Shown here: positions 47,939-60,191 of the stretch, piece by piece
How the letters are laid out: every line of letters begins with the position of its first letter
How positions within the stretch are numbered: the stretch's first letter is position 1
Assembly (NCBI GenBank): GCA_025594325.1
Contig: JANHCV010000007.1
Span: 372,001-436,000, forward strand
Direction of reading: 5' to 3'
DNA from: Blastocladiella emersonii ATCC 22665
Lineage: Eukaryota > Fungi > Blastocladiomycota
DNA length: 64,000 nt
Program-made: the position numbers and the translations under genes
Notes under the pieces: model-generated
What the model was told of the DNA's origin: nothing
Database searches by the model: none
The model's input: the letters and a program-made list of their open reading frames with translations, nothing else

Positions 47939-48381
47939 AATCGGTTGAGTCGCCGAGCGTGATGCGATCCCTGATGCCTGCTCAACTGCTGAGCTGCTGA
48001 TTGTTCAGGTAGAGAAGGTCGATGGACTGGATGTCCATGTCGGTACGTGCGGCTCGTTGGCGAGCAGCGCGCTTGAAAGCTGAATCCCTAGGCGGCGGCG
48101 CGCGTGGTCCGTTCCGGCCATTCTGTTCCACGCGTCGCGGACGTGACTCTGTGCGGGTCGTAACCGATTTTGTGTTGGAACGACGTTTGGTCGACGGGAG
48201 CAGACGTCCTCGGCCACGAGTTCCGAGACGTTGCAGTTGCGCGTGTCGCCAACATGTGTTCGGCCGCTACTCCGAGGCGTCGATTTCGCCGGACGGACAC
48301 GCGTGAGGAACGCGAGCGGAGACATGAGATGTATTCGTTCGCAACAGGACGTATTAGGCAGGGCAGTGAACGCGACGACCA

Positions 48382-51300
48382 CTAGTGTCGCACCGAATTA
48401 AGGGGAAGGATCAGCGAGTCGGCCAGGTTTGGGCGCAGTCGCGCGTAAAAATCAGCCGGGAAACGAGGATTGGACGGCGGAACCGACAAGTGTGGAGATG
48501 TCATGGAGTTGACCAGGGACAGGTCGTGAAACAAGTCATCGCTTGAAGCAAAGGTGAGAGACCGCACCGCTGAAGGGGAGGAGACGTAGTCCCGCGCGGT
48601 GGACAGCAACATTGGGAGATCCGGTGTGCACTTGACTGGCCCATGGGAGGTGAACTGGGGCGCGAGTGCGATCAAACATTTCAGGGCCGGCGTTGGTGCG
48701 AGCCCTGGACCCGCTGGAGGGACGAGCAGAAGCACGTCTGGAATCAAGATCATAAGCACGTTCCCGGTTTCGCTGGAGCGGATTTCAACCAGATGCGTGG
48801 CGGGGTCCGCTGCAAAGGCGAAGATACCTTTGATGGTCTCGACAACAACCTTGGCGGAGGCGTGCGCCTCGGATCCCGCAAAAGTATCGCCAAGATCAAT
48901 ATCCGAAACTTGGTCCAGAGCGAGCTGCATCGGGAGCGCGGTCGCGAGATACTTCTTGCTGCGCCCGAAAACCGGGACCGAATGGAAGACACCGTTCAAG
49001 AACTGCGCGGCGCCAAGGATCCGTTTGAGAACGACAAGAACTGAACGCCTCTGGCGCGAAACGACAAGGTCAACAATCTCGACGCTCGAGGGAAGAAAGT
49101 AGCGATCGTCCACGATCCTCCTCCCCACGAAGAGCGACGCCGCGCCGTAGGAAGTCGGTTCGCCCCGCCTGATGCTGGCGAGTCCTTCGCGTTTGGGAAT
49201 CGAGAGAGTAAGCTCAATGCGGTCGTCAAACTCGGCGGCGTGTGTGACAGGCAGAGCCACCGGCGCTGTCGTCAATGAGGCACCCCGTTGCGGCTTCCGA
49301 GACGCCAGGATGCCGCGAGCCAGCGCGTGGAACGAATCGCAGGGGGCTCGTGTCATGATCGCGGACGAGAGCGAAAAAGGCTGACCGCCGAGAAGCTCGC
49401 GAGGCGGGCAATCAGTACCGGGATCCGTCACAAACTCGCGGTAGAAGCTGATCGAAGCATTGGCGAAGCGGTGCGCGAGATGGTGCGCCAGGTAGAGCTT
49501 GACGCGCACGGATCCGGGCTCGGTAGGCAATAGCTCGACGATGAGGGACTTGAACCAAGTTGGTTTGTCGTGAACCATGAGCTGAGCCGTCAGAAACGAC
49601 GGCGGCTTCGAGGTGCTGCTTTCGCCAAGCGGCACAATGAATTCAAAGCAACATTGGTGCTTGGTCGTGTCGCCCTCGGCGAGACCGTAGAGCGAAACCG
49701 TGTTGGTCGCCTCGATGCGGCTGCGAGACATCGAATCAAGAAGTCCCGACCAAACACCGGATGAAAGGGCTGCGGACGAGGCCTGCTTGGCACCCGACCA
49801 GGTAAGCCGGCCTGCTGCGAGAGCGGCCGCGACGAGCTTTGGGATCACAGCGCCAGAGTTGTGCGGAGCGACTACAGTCGCGCAACAGCAGTGTCAGAGG
49901 CAGGGGCATACTTTTCCGACGCAAGACTAGCGTACCGAGCGGGGACGAGTCCAAGTGTGCACCGCAGCTGGCCAGCGCATCGACCAGGAACGGTGACTTT
50001 TCAAGCGAAATAGGCACGGTAGGAGTGGGAAGGCGCTGAAATGTCAAGCATTCGACTCGCCGATGAACGCCCTCATCCCACGCCCGAAAGTTCGTGACCA
50101 AGTTAAACCAGTGTCCGTCGGTGGGCAGCTCGAGGAAACCAACGCCCAAGAGCGTGGGAAACGATGTGATGGGGAGACCAGCCGTCGAAGCCAAGTACTC
50201 CCCAGGGGAGGAAGCAACTTGAGCAGCACGAGCGGTATAGGTCAAAATCAGCGGTCGCTCGCCGGTAACCCAATGAGGAGTGTTGAGAAGGGGCGAGGCG
50301 TGGACGAGCAGGTTGAGCAGGCCGACCGAGTCCTGCAGGTTGTTCGTGTCCACGATATCGAAGCGCTGCTGCGGGTCCGCGGCGAGCCGCTCCATGAAGC
50401 CGATCGCGTGGCCAACGGCAACCGATAGCTTGTGCCGAGGCTTCGCGTCACGCGCAAAAGAAGCGCGGAGAGCAGTGGCCCAGTCCCAGACCTCGTCAAA
50501 CAAGCGCGAGTCGGGCGACTCGGTGGTCACGTAAACGTCGAGCGACTCGAAGGGCAGCGCGAGGTTCGGCACGGCGTAGTACACGGTTCCATCAGCACGA
50601 GCAAGCAGAAAGGTCGGGTTGACGACGGCCGCCGAAACCGAGGCGGGGTCGACCGCGAAAGTGTGGTCGGTGGCGTGACGTTCGGCCGTACACTCGATCC
50701 GGCTCGCGCGCGCACGCGTCAGGTGCTTGCCGAAGCGCGCCCGGTTGCGCTCCACGTAGCCCTGCGCAAGCAGCTTCGCGGTCACGTCGCGAACGGCCGG
50801 GTCCCAGTGCGATTCGAGGTACCGCGACCGGTGCTCAAGGAGCGTCTCGACGGACCAGTCGACGCTGAGCCACGACTGCCAGCAGTGGCGTACGGCGCGC
50901 AGCGTCTCGTCGTCAAAGACCGAGATCGAGGTCGCGGGCGAGTCGGTCCAGTCCACGTCGAGGCAGGCGCGCATCTGGTCCTCCCAGAAGGCACGGGTGT
51001 CGGGCTCGAGTAGAAGCGAGAACCAAAGCTGAGCAACGTGGCGCGCGAGCGTCTCGTCGACCAAGGCGGCGCTCGTGGAGACCGCGTGAAGGATGAGCAA
51101 GTTGCGCGCAAGCACCTCGGGGCGAATGTCGTTGAGCAGGAAGCGAAACTCGGCAATGCCGCCTTTCGCCCGAGTGTCCTGCAGTGTGCGCGCAAGGTCG
51201 CGAAGGTCGCCGCAGCCGAGCAGCAAGACGCTCTGGGTGCCGTCATGGTGGATGTGCAAGTGCCGATTCTCTTCGGAAACGATGCTCTGGAGCATCAGCA

Positions 51301-51493
51301 GGTCGCGCGGATGCGCGGTGCCGTAGGGCCGGAAGACGTCTGACTGTTCGTCGCAGATGCGCGACGGGCACGTCAGGGCGGGCGGGACGTTCGGGCCGGC
51401 GCCGAGGTCAGAGTCCGCAAGAGTCTCGTGTTTCGACGGGGCACGGCCGTTGCCGGAAGTTCCATTCGTTTTCGTTTTCTTCTTTGCGCCCAT
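48382..51493 (-). CDS. DUF4470-domain protein, copy B (identical to copy A for ~794 aa, divergent last ~220 aa)
   Basis: Mirror of 22350-25458, with intron 49935-49872. Translations are identical up to VVSRQRR. Confidence 0.88.
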
Positions 51494-51611
51494 GGTTCAT
51501 TGCGGGGAGCGAGAACGGGCCGCGCGACCACGACCAGAAAATGAGATGTCTCCTGCGGTGGCTGGTGGCTGCCTGCCAAGCCAATCAACTTGTCCCGCGT
51601 GGCGCCGCGCG
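49046..51611 (-). repeat. Right arm of the 2,566-bp inverted repeat (partner 22232-24797)
   Basis: Same evidence as the left arm. Confidence 0.95.
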
Positions 51612-51713
51612 TCTCTCTGTCAGTTGCATTCCGGACACGCATCACCAGGGATAGAGCGAATGGAGCGTGCCAGCTCACAATCAGATGCTTCAACGCGCTT
51701 ACTTAAAATCGGG

Positions 51714-51923
51714 TCAAAGAACCGCTACAATTTCCTTCATACTCCTTAGCTTGCAGTTCGGGCGCCGTTCCTGGAACGCCGTGCGCGCTGCAACCGTTTC
51801 TTCGTCGCTGGATCGCATCATGATGACTCGGTGATGGGTCGAGTGATGCGCATGCGTGCATGCACCTTGGTCCAGCCCAGCTCGAGTCAGGAGGCGCCCC
51901 ACTCGCGTGCTGATGAACGTCAC
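51714..51923 (-). pseudogene. Relic C-terminus of an LRR gene
   Basis: SDEETVAARTAFQERRPNCKL resembles SEEAARTAHAAFLERHPNCKL (21680 gene) and DDEHVVAARDAFLKRFSGCQL (52003 gene). Confidence 0.6.
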
Positions 51924-52002
51924 GAACGAGGCAACCTCACTCGCTCAAGATCTCAAATATCATTACTCAAACGTTCAAAACCTTTCAAGTATGATAATAC
52001 GC

Positions 52003-53847
52003 TTAACGAATCGGGTACATAAGCTGGCACCCCGAGAAGCGCTTCAGAAACGCGTCGCGGGCAGCAACAACGTGCTCGTCGTCGTCTTGAATAATGCCCG
52101 GATCGAGCCGGAGAGTCTTGAGTTGAGGAAAATGGAGCTCCATCAGATCGTACAGCACGAGCGGTGTAATATCGGTGCCGGCGATGCCGAGCTCGCGGAT
52201 AGACAAAGGCAAGTGGCTAGCAATCATCGCGATCCCGTCATCCTGGAGCCCGGGATTCTCGTTCAGTGTGAGTCCCTCAATTGTTTTTGGGAGCTTTTTG
52301 GCGAGGCTCACGACTCTTGATCGCGGACCCGAGAAGGTGAGCCCCGCGTTGCGCAGATCCAGGTCCTTCAGGCGACGCGGGAGATGCTTGGCCAGAACGG
52401 CGATGCTGGCGTTGCCGAGCGGGTTCATGCCGATGCCGAGCTCCTCGAGCGATCTGGGCAGTGCGGGAGCAATAGTTTTCATCGCGTCAAGGCCGATACC
52501 CATGTGGTACAAAGTAAGCGATTTAAGCCGCCGCGGAAGGTGAGCCATGAGCGTTCCAATTCCGTCGCGGCCGATTGGGTCGGTGCCAAGGCTCAGCGTT
52601 CGGAGGGTGCGAGGAAACGCAGGTGCAAGAATGGCGATAGTCGCGGGGTTCAGTCCGGTGTTAACCAAGCAGAGCGACTCAAGTCGCGGCGGGAAGTGGT
52701 CAGCGAGGAGTCGAGCTGCAGCCTCGTTCATGTGGACATTTGGCAACTCGAGCTCACACAAACTGGGTGGAAGCCCGGATATGAGAGGTAGCCACGCGTC
52801 GGTCGGAATAGAGCAGCTCAGCAGCCGAAGCGACCGAAGCTGAATGCCCCGAAGCTTGATCTGCCGTGTGAGCTGCTGGGCAGCTTCCGCACTCCATTGG
52901 GCCTCGGACAAGCGCAGCTCGTCGAGAGCGGGCGGGAGGCCATGCGCCAGGTTCATGATGCCGTCGGGAAGCAGGCCGCAACTGTCGAGGCTGAGAAAAT
53001 AGAGCGACTGCGGGAGATAGCGCAAGAACCACGTCCCGCCAACGCGATTGAGCCGACCGTCGCTAAGGCTCAGTCGCTCGATGCTATCAGGAAGCCAAGG
53101 ACCCTCGGGCACCTCGTCGGCGCGGTGGACGAGGCAGTGTCCGTCAAGGTCGAGCCATCGCACCGTGTTGGGCAGCTTCATCTGCTTCAGGACCGGGAGC
53201 GATATGCCCGAGTTGAAGCAGGAAATCTGAACTACCTGTTGATTTGGGCTTGCGAAAGCTGAGGCGAGAAGAATGGCACCAGCCTCAGTGAAGCGCGCGG
53301 CGTGAACTGCGAAAACCTTGGATGATCCCGACGCGATCTCGCCGCGAGCGTTCACAGCTCCCTCATCGCCAGAAGGCGGTCCGAGGAGGACGGAAATGGT
53401 TTGCGGGACGTCGATCTCGAGCAGTTCGCGAAAGTCCAAGCCGGGCAGCCGTTGCGATTCGCGCCACCACTCCAGAGTTGAGATGTGGCAGGCTTTGTAC
53501 GCCGCGTCAAGTGCCTGAATCAACAAGTCCACTTCGTCGTCGTCGGAGACAGCCTGTCCCGACGATTTCCACAGCTTGAGTACGGGAAGCAGACCCCGCG
53601 CTGTCGCATCGCTGACAGTAATTGCACCGAGTACGCGGTTGACGATGGCACGAAAGACTCGCGGGGCAGCGTTACGCGCAGTGACTCGCGCATAGCGGGC
53701 GAGCGCTGCGATGTCGTCGGGTGGCGTAGCGTAAACAGCGCACACAAGAATCTCTTCCACGACAAGACCGACGTCCAAACGCGGGAACGGTGTTGGAGCG
53801 TCAGGAGGGTCGCGTTGCATAGAGTGAGACATTTCATTCGCTTGCAT
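52003..53847 (-). CDS. Intact F-box/ankyrin-like + RNI-like LRR protein
   Basis: Uninterrupted ORF, with likely start MQANEM (53847) or MSHS (53832). About 12 LPxxLxxLxLxxxxIG-type repeats. Confidence 0.85.
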   Translation of the reverse strand: MQANEMSHSMQRDPPDAPTPFPRLDVGLVVEEILVCAVYATPPDDIAALARYARVTARNAAPRVFRAIVNRVLGAITVSDATARGLLPVLKLWKSSGQAVSDDDEVDLLIQALDAAYKACHISTLEWWRESQRLPGLDFRELLEIDVPQTISVLLGPPSGDEGAVNARGEIASGSSKVFAVHAARFTEAGAILLASAFASPNQQVVQISCFNSGISLPVLKQMKLPNTVRWLDLDGHCLVHRADEVPEGPWLPDSIERLSLSDGRLNRVGGTWFLRYLPQSLYFLSLDSCGLLPDGIMNLAHGLPPALDELRLSEAQWSAEAAQQLTRQIKLRGIQLRSLRLLSCSIPTDAWLPLISGLPPSLCELELPNVHMNEAAARLLADHFPPRLESLCLVNTGLNPATIAILAPAFPRTLRTLSLGTDPIGRDGIGTLMAHLPRRLKSLTLYHMGIGLDAMKTIAPALPRSLEELGIGMNPLGNASIAVLAKHLPRRLKDLDLRNAGLTFSGPRSRVVSLAKKLPKTIEGLTLNENPGLQDDGIAMIASHLPLSIRELGIAGTDITPLVLYDLMELHFPQLKTLRLDPGIIQDDDEHVVAARDAFLKRFSGCQLMYPIR

Positions 53848-54177
53848 TGCGTGTGGGGCGAGGAGCAAGAGCGGAACGGCAGGCGAGCCGCCGTGAGAAC
53901 GAGCACCACCGCAGCGCCACCCACGTGCACATGTCCATCGCCAGGCAAGCGCGCCATCACGGCGCACAAAAGTTGTTCGGCAAGAGAAGCCAATGCCTCG
54001 CATAATCGAGATCACGGTCAAGCTTGCGGGCACACGCTTCTTTCTAACGCGTCTCGCATTTCAAGAAACTTCAGGGCGGATCGCCTTTGATGCGAGAACA
54101 AACTTCAGCACTTGGTCACGATTAGAGAGGAGAAAGCATCAAATTAATATGACAAAAAATACTATACTACCAAGCCG

Positions 54178-57100
54178 CTACTCGTCCAGCTCAACAATAC
54201 GATCATCGTCCTCCTCGAGCGCGGGGCGGACTGGAGCAGTCTCGCTCGCAGCAACTGCAGGCGCGGGCGGCGCCATCGCCGCCGCGAGAGTGTTCAAAAC
54301 AGCCGCTTTTGACCCGAACTGAATCGAATTCCACAGCATATCCGACTCGCGGAGCTGCAAGTCATGTGGGGGGTAGGCGGGCAGCAGCGTGCATCGGAAA
54401 AGGTGAGGCCTCAGCGCGGTAAAGAAGTCCTCGTCAAAAGCACCTGCGTCGTCGCGGATGAACTGGTTGGGCGCTGAAAGGATGCCGCCCTCGATGCATG
54501 CAGAAACGGTGAGCAAGCAGCCAGCAGGGACCTGGATACGCTCGACATGTGAGGCTGAGCCGTTCCTACGATACTTGCTAGCCACCTGAGACAGGAGAGA
54601 AGCGCTGGCTGGCCGCGGCGCCGGCAAAAGCATGCCGGCTGCAGCGGTCATGGGACCTGGCAAGTACCACGCGTCAAGAACAGGCGTGCGCGTGCGCGAA
54701 GTGTCCGTCGGTGGGAGCGACCAAACGCGGCGAAGGATGAGCACGCCCAATAACGCGCTACCACGCACCGAAGATCCCATGGTGCTCTCGATCTCAATGA
54801 CTCGGACGCCACTGAAGAAGTTCACAAAGATGTTCATCAAAACGACGCGAAGGAACTGCGCTTGCTTTTCACAAGGCATCACCACGTCCAAGGCGCGTGC
54901 GCGGGCCAGGATCTCCTTGGAAGTAATCAACGTTTGCTGATCCATGACCAACATGATGCCGTCATTAACGGCCAGTAGCTCCGTGAGTCGCATTGAGCTT
55001 TGGTCGGAATGATCCGCGAGGTGTGCGATGAGAAATGGAAGGGCGTGATGGACATGCGTCGAAACAGGGGCGGGTTGGCGTTGGAAATGAAGTCGGACTT
55101 GGCGATGCGGAAGCTCGACGTGAATCGATTGCAAAATGACGGGGCAAGGCAAGCGCAGCACTTGCTGGCGACCGTTGACCGTGAAGTACGCGGCTCCATA
55201 TGTGGGGAATGAGTCCCATTTGCCAGGACCCTCGATCTTAGCCCGCTCGTAGCCGCGCGGAAGCGAAAGGAAGAGATCGCACCCGTCCCCAGTCTCAGTG
55301 GCGCCGACCACGGGCAAGAGCGGACTCGCCGTCGGCAGGAGCATGCCCTTGATGAAGCTAACGAACCGCGTCGCTGCAGCAACCTTGGCAACAGGAAGAG
55401 TGGTGGCAGCAAACGCGCCAACGGGCACCTTGCGCGTCAAAATGGAAGTGAGCTCGAGGCGCCTGACGCTCAGTGCTGCAGGGTGGTTCGAGCCGTAGTC
55501 GAATCAAACGCGAAGGCTGAGCTGGTTCGTTGAATCCTCGACAATAAAGCGCGGCACGCACGCGGCGACCCGAAGCTGCGGGTTTTCACCCGCTCCGGTC
55601 GGTGTCACAGTGAGACTGCGGAACTGGAAAACAAAAGTCCCGTGCGTGATTTCGAGTACCATGGCGGCCATCGGATTGACGGCAGAAGCTGCGGCGACGA
55701 AGGAGCGGTCGACAAGGCCTTCGACACGATGCAGGTGCTTGTCAGTTGAGAGCCGCTCAATTGCAATCGGGAAGCCGTAAAGCTGCGCCTGGGCAAAAAC
55801 CTCAGCCGAGTACTCGGCAAGGTGCGGGCGATCGTGGTAGAGGGACCACACGCCATCTGCGTTGGGCCACGGCGCTAATGTGAGCTGTTTCGCATCAGTC
55901 CACGAGAGACGAACCCGAAGCAAATGCGAACGCGAGCATTTTCGGAATGAGGGCGCCCGTCGCGTGCGGCCCAGCTACACACGTTGTGCGCGTGAGCGTC
56001 GAGGCGTCGTTCTACGGGACACAAAACCCAAACGTACCGTGCTTGCCAGTGAGAGTTGGAGCATTTGGCCCGAGTCGCGATTCAGCGCAGCCCCAAAGCA
56101 CCAGCTTAAGATCTCTCGAACTGCGCAGGGAAACAGGGACGGTCGGAGGAGCAAGCTTGTAGAAGGTGAACTCCTCGCGTCGGCGACCGTCGCGGCCTAC
56201 GAGGTGTCCCTGGCTCCACGCGGTGCGCGTGACGTGCGTTGACCAGTGGTTTGACGGCACCTCGAGGTAGTTCAAGCCAAGGAAGACCGGGAAGACCGCG
56301 AGAGGGAGACCCGTGGCCTTCTGGAGAAAATCGAGGCGCGTGGGCGCAATGGAGGAAGCGTGCTCGGTCCAGGTTTGAATGAGAGAGCGTCCGTTGTCCC
56401 ACTCGAGCGCGAGAAGCGGCGATGCGTGCACGAGTAAGTTGAGCAGCCCGCACGTGTCCATCAAGTTGCCCGTGTCGATCACGTTGAAGCGGAGGAAGGC
56501 CTGCTCGTGCTGGGCCGGTTGCAGCTGCTCCTGCTGCCGTACTGAAGGATTCGGCCGGCGAGGATGGTAGAGCTGGTCCTGGGAAAGAAGCCGCTCCATG
56601 ACCTCGACCGGATGGCCAGCAATGAAAGCGATGCGGCACACGAAGGCTGCCGGCGGCGGCGCGTCCTTCCAGTCGAGGACCGACGGAATCGTCGTGGGGC
56701 TACGGCGGCGGCCGCTACCGGGACCAAAGGCTTCAATCAGCGTCTCCACGTACTTTTCGAGCGCAAGGTGGACACTCTTTGAGGCAGCCTCGGGATCGAA
56801 ATCAAGGACGTCGAGGGGAGAAACGTGCGAAGGGAGTGGAGCGCTTTGGGCCATGTTAAGCAGAATGGTCGGATTGACAAAGAAGTCAGCGTCTGGGTCA
56901 CTTGCCGGGTTAAGGACGAAGAGGCACCCGGGAACAAGTTCCCGAATCTTGCCCTCCATCGCATTGGCAGCAGTATCACCGTATATGTCCCGCGCCCTGG
57001 CCATGAAGCGACCAACCACCTGGTTTGCGTAAGACGGAAGGTGAGCACTGTATGCGGAAACAAAACTGTCCGCCTCCAAGTCGGAAACAATCCAGGACTC

Positions 57101-57661
57101 CCAGCATCGACGAACAGCATCCATGGTGGCCTCGTCAAGCACGCGAACCTGGGCTTCCGCGCGGGTCCAGTCAGCCGCAAGGCACTCGCGCATGTGCCCA
57201 AGCCAGAAGTCGCGCGCCGTCTCCTCGAGAAGGAACGTGTAGGACAGCTGGCGAACGTGGTAAACTAGGGCGGACTTGTCGACCTCGTCGCTCTTGGAGA
57301 TGGCGTGCAGGACAAGCAAGTTTCGGGCAAGCACCTCGGGCCGTTCGTTGCTAAGAACAAAGGTAAGGTCCGCACGGCCGTACTTGCGCTTGGCATCGTC
57401 AAACGTGCGCGTTACGTCGCGGAGGTCGCCGCACTGAAGAACGAGGGCATCGAGGCGCCGGAATGTGCGCGGGTTGTGGTGGAAGAAGAGGTCGCGTGCA
57501 TAGGTTCGGCCGTAAGGGTGGTAAGTCGAGTCGTCGTCAACGCAATCCGAAGCGAGCGTCGCGCTGATCCGCGTCGGCTCGAAAGTGGGCGCGCCACTCG
57601 CCGCAGCGGCTGGAGGGCTCTTGGCGGCCCTTTTGCCGCTAGTCTTTTTCTTTTGCTTCAT
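54178..57661 (-). pseudogene. DUF4470-domain gene, copy C, disrupted
   Basis: Same intron position as copies A and B (56037-55975), a +1 frameshift near 55912 (GGTTCGTCTC), and an in-frame TGA at 55504-55506. Ends RIVELDE. Confidence 0.85.
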
Positions 57662-58228
57662 GGTAGTGAGGTCAAATTCATCGGGGTGTCGGAGAGAAGG
57701 GCGAAGTGCTGTTGTTTGGGACGGCGGTGGCGATCAGGGGCCAGCGCCGATCCTCCGCGATCGTGGCTGGTTAGATCACATGATTCTCTGACGCGTCTCG
57801 CAGTCTGTCTCCGCTCCGCCTGACGCCGATCACGACTGCCACCGAGCGAGCAATCCCAGGCGTTAACGCTTTCGCAACGTACACGAAGCCGCATGCCTAG
57901 AGGACACGCCAAATGTCAGCGATACCTTCCAGTTGAGATGGGACCGCGAGCTGGCTCCGATCGATCACGCTCAAAACCGCGGATCCATGCAATCTGCGCT
58001 ACTTCTTGGCACACGGGATAAGCGCGGGCACCAAGTCGAGTACCTCATGTTGCGCGATCGGCAATGTCAGAGCAGCTAGTGTGAAACCGTGGGACGCATC
58101 GCCCAATCCTGGCTGCACGCGACGCGACGCGTCGATCGTCTCGCTCAACGAGCGATGGTCGGAGGCTTCTCGTACATGGCAACAAGTCAAAAAATCTTCT
58201 CTTTCGTTCTTCAATCACACGAACAAAG

Positions 58229-60191
58229 TCAGTCAAGCTCGACGATTCGGGTATCCTCTGCCACAACGTCAGCCTCGTCACCGTTGCTCTGGGCCGTGTC
58301 ACGCGTGTCGCTCTGAAGGCCGACAAGCCCCGCCGCAGCTGTGCTAGGAGCAGGAGGTGGCGGGATCGGGACCTGGTACTGCGTCCCATGAACTGGATAC
58401 ACTGGAAGAATGAGCAATCGATAGAGATGCGGCTTGAGCGTGCCGAAAAAAAAGTCGTTTGGGAAATTTGCAGCCTCGGTTCGCGATAATGTGCGAGAGG
58501 TGCACCGAGAGCGAGCTGTGCTCGATGCAATCGAGAAGGCTGCGCAAGAACGGGCCGGGGACGTTGATGCGCATCGCGTGCGGTTCGTCGCGATACGTCT
58601 TGTACTCCTCCGCCATCTGGCCAAGCAGGGCCTCGTCGAACATCTCTGGTATTGGCCGGATGATGCACCGATCCCTGAGGCGCGGGTTAGGCATGTAGTT
58701 GACGTCGAGCACAGGCGTGTGAGCGCGCGATGGGTCAGACGGCGGGATCACGGACATGGACAAGAGCATGAGCACGCCTGCGATCGTGGTTTGGCCGCCG
58801 CTACCCTTGAGTCCGTCACACGCAAGCTCGATGATGCGCACGCGGCGGTCGAAAGTGAAGAAAAGTTCGGCCAAGACATATTGGAGGTATTGCGCAGTCT
58901 GCTCGCTCGTTGGCGCGTGGCGAAGATCGCGCTCAGCCGCAACAATAGCAGGATCGCGACCAGGGGTGTTCAGGCGGAGAGCACGAAGCGCGACCTTGAG
59001 CGGAGTGTTGGTTGAGCTGGTCCTGAGAGATGAGTTTCTCCATGACTTTGAGCGGGTGCCCGGCAATGAAAGCGATGCGAGCCAGGAAAACCGGCCAAAC
59101 TGAGCCCTCAGTCCACACAAGGGCGGGAAGCCTGTGATCGGGATCCTCGCGCTGGTTGCTATCAGGCCCAAACGCCTCGAGCAAGGTGATGACTTGACTG
59201 CGAAGCGCGTCGCACATGCTGACCATCAAGTCGTTTGGGTCCAAGTGGAAGACGTTGAGGGGCGAGAGGGCGAACGGGGCCGAGAATGAGAGCGAGTGGT
59301 CGGGGCGAGCAAGTAGCATGGTCGGGTTGACACAGTCGGCCACGCGAACCTTGCGAGGAGCTGGTTTGGCGTCATCGTTGCAAGACTTTTCTTCCGGCGT
59401 GGCAAAGACAAAGACGCCGTTCTTGACAAGCGGACGGATCGCCGTCTCGAAAGCCTTGACCTCGGTCTCGTTGAGCAACTCGTCGCCGTAAGTGCTGCGC
59501 ATCCTGGCCACGATCCGGTCGACGGCGACCTGAACATGGTCGCGGGTTTCACCGTCGGGGCGAACGCGGGCAAAGTAAGCCTCACGCTCCTCGGTAAGCT
59601 TGGCAGGCGACCAGTCGCACGCGAGCCACGACTCCCAGCAGTGGCGGACGGGCGCAAGGTGTCGTCGTCAAGCACCCGAATTTTGGCGTTGGTCTTGGTC
59701 CAGTCCGTAGTCAAGCACGCCTGCATCTGGTCGCGCCAAAAAGCAAGAGCGTGCGGCTCGAGGAGAAGCGAGTAGAAGAGCTGGCCAACGTAGCGCACAA
59801 GGACCGACATACGGATAGTCTCGCTCCCCGCGACGGCTTGCAGGACAAGCAAGTTACGGGCGAGCACCTCGGGGTGCGTGTCGCTGAGCACGTAAGTGTG
59901 GTCGCAGTGAAAGTCGTACTTGCGTTTGGCCTCGTCAAACGTGAAGGCCACATCGCGCAGGTCGCCGCACTGGAAGACGAGCGCGTCAAGCCGACGGAAG
60001 AAGCGCGGGTTGTGGTAGAAGAACAAGTCGCGCGCATAGGACCGGCCATAGGGGAAGTACGGATCGGTCGTCTCGTCGAGAGCCAAGGTTGCACAGGTCA
60101 ACGTCGGCTCGACGGCGGACTCCTGACTGGCCCCAACGGTACGCGGACCGTCGCCAGTGCGATTGCGGGTAGTTTTCTTCTTTTGCTTCAT
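58229..60191 (-). pseudogene. DUF4470-domain gene, copy D, frameshifted and internally deleted
   Basis: A -1 frameshift near 59660 (TLR/AVRHCW), a jump from the QDQL region to DPAIVAAERDL near 59000 (~1.6 kb missing versus copy C), and a further shift near 58470. Ends RIVELD. Confidence 0.85.

Noticed and set aside
51825-51888. 64-bp segment bounded by GACTCG...CGAGTC, possible MITE
   Set aside because: Only a 6-bp inverted match, no target-site duplication and no second copy seen in the window.
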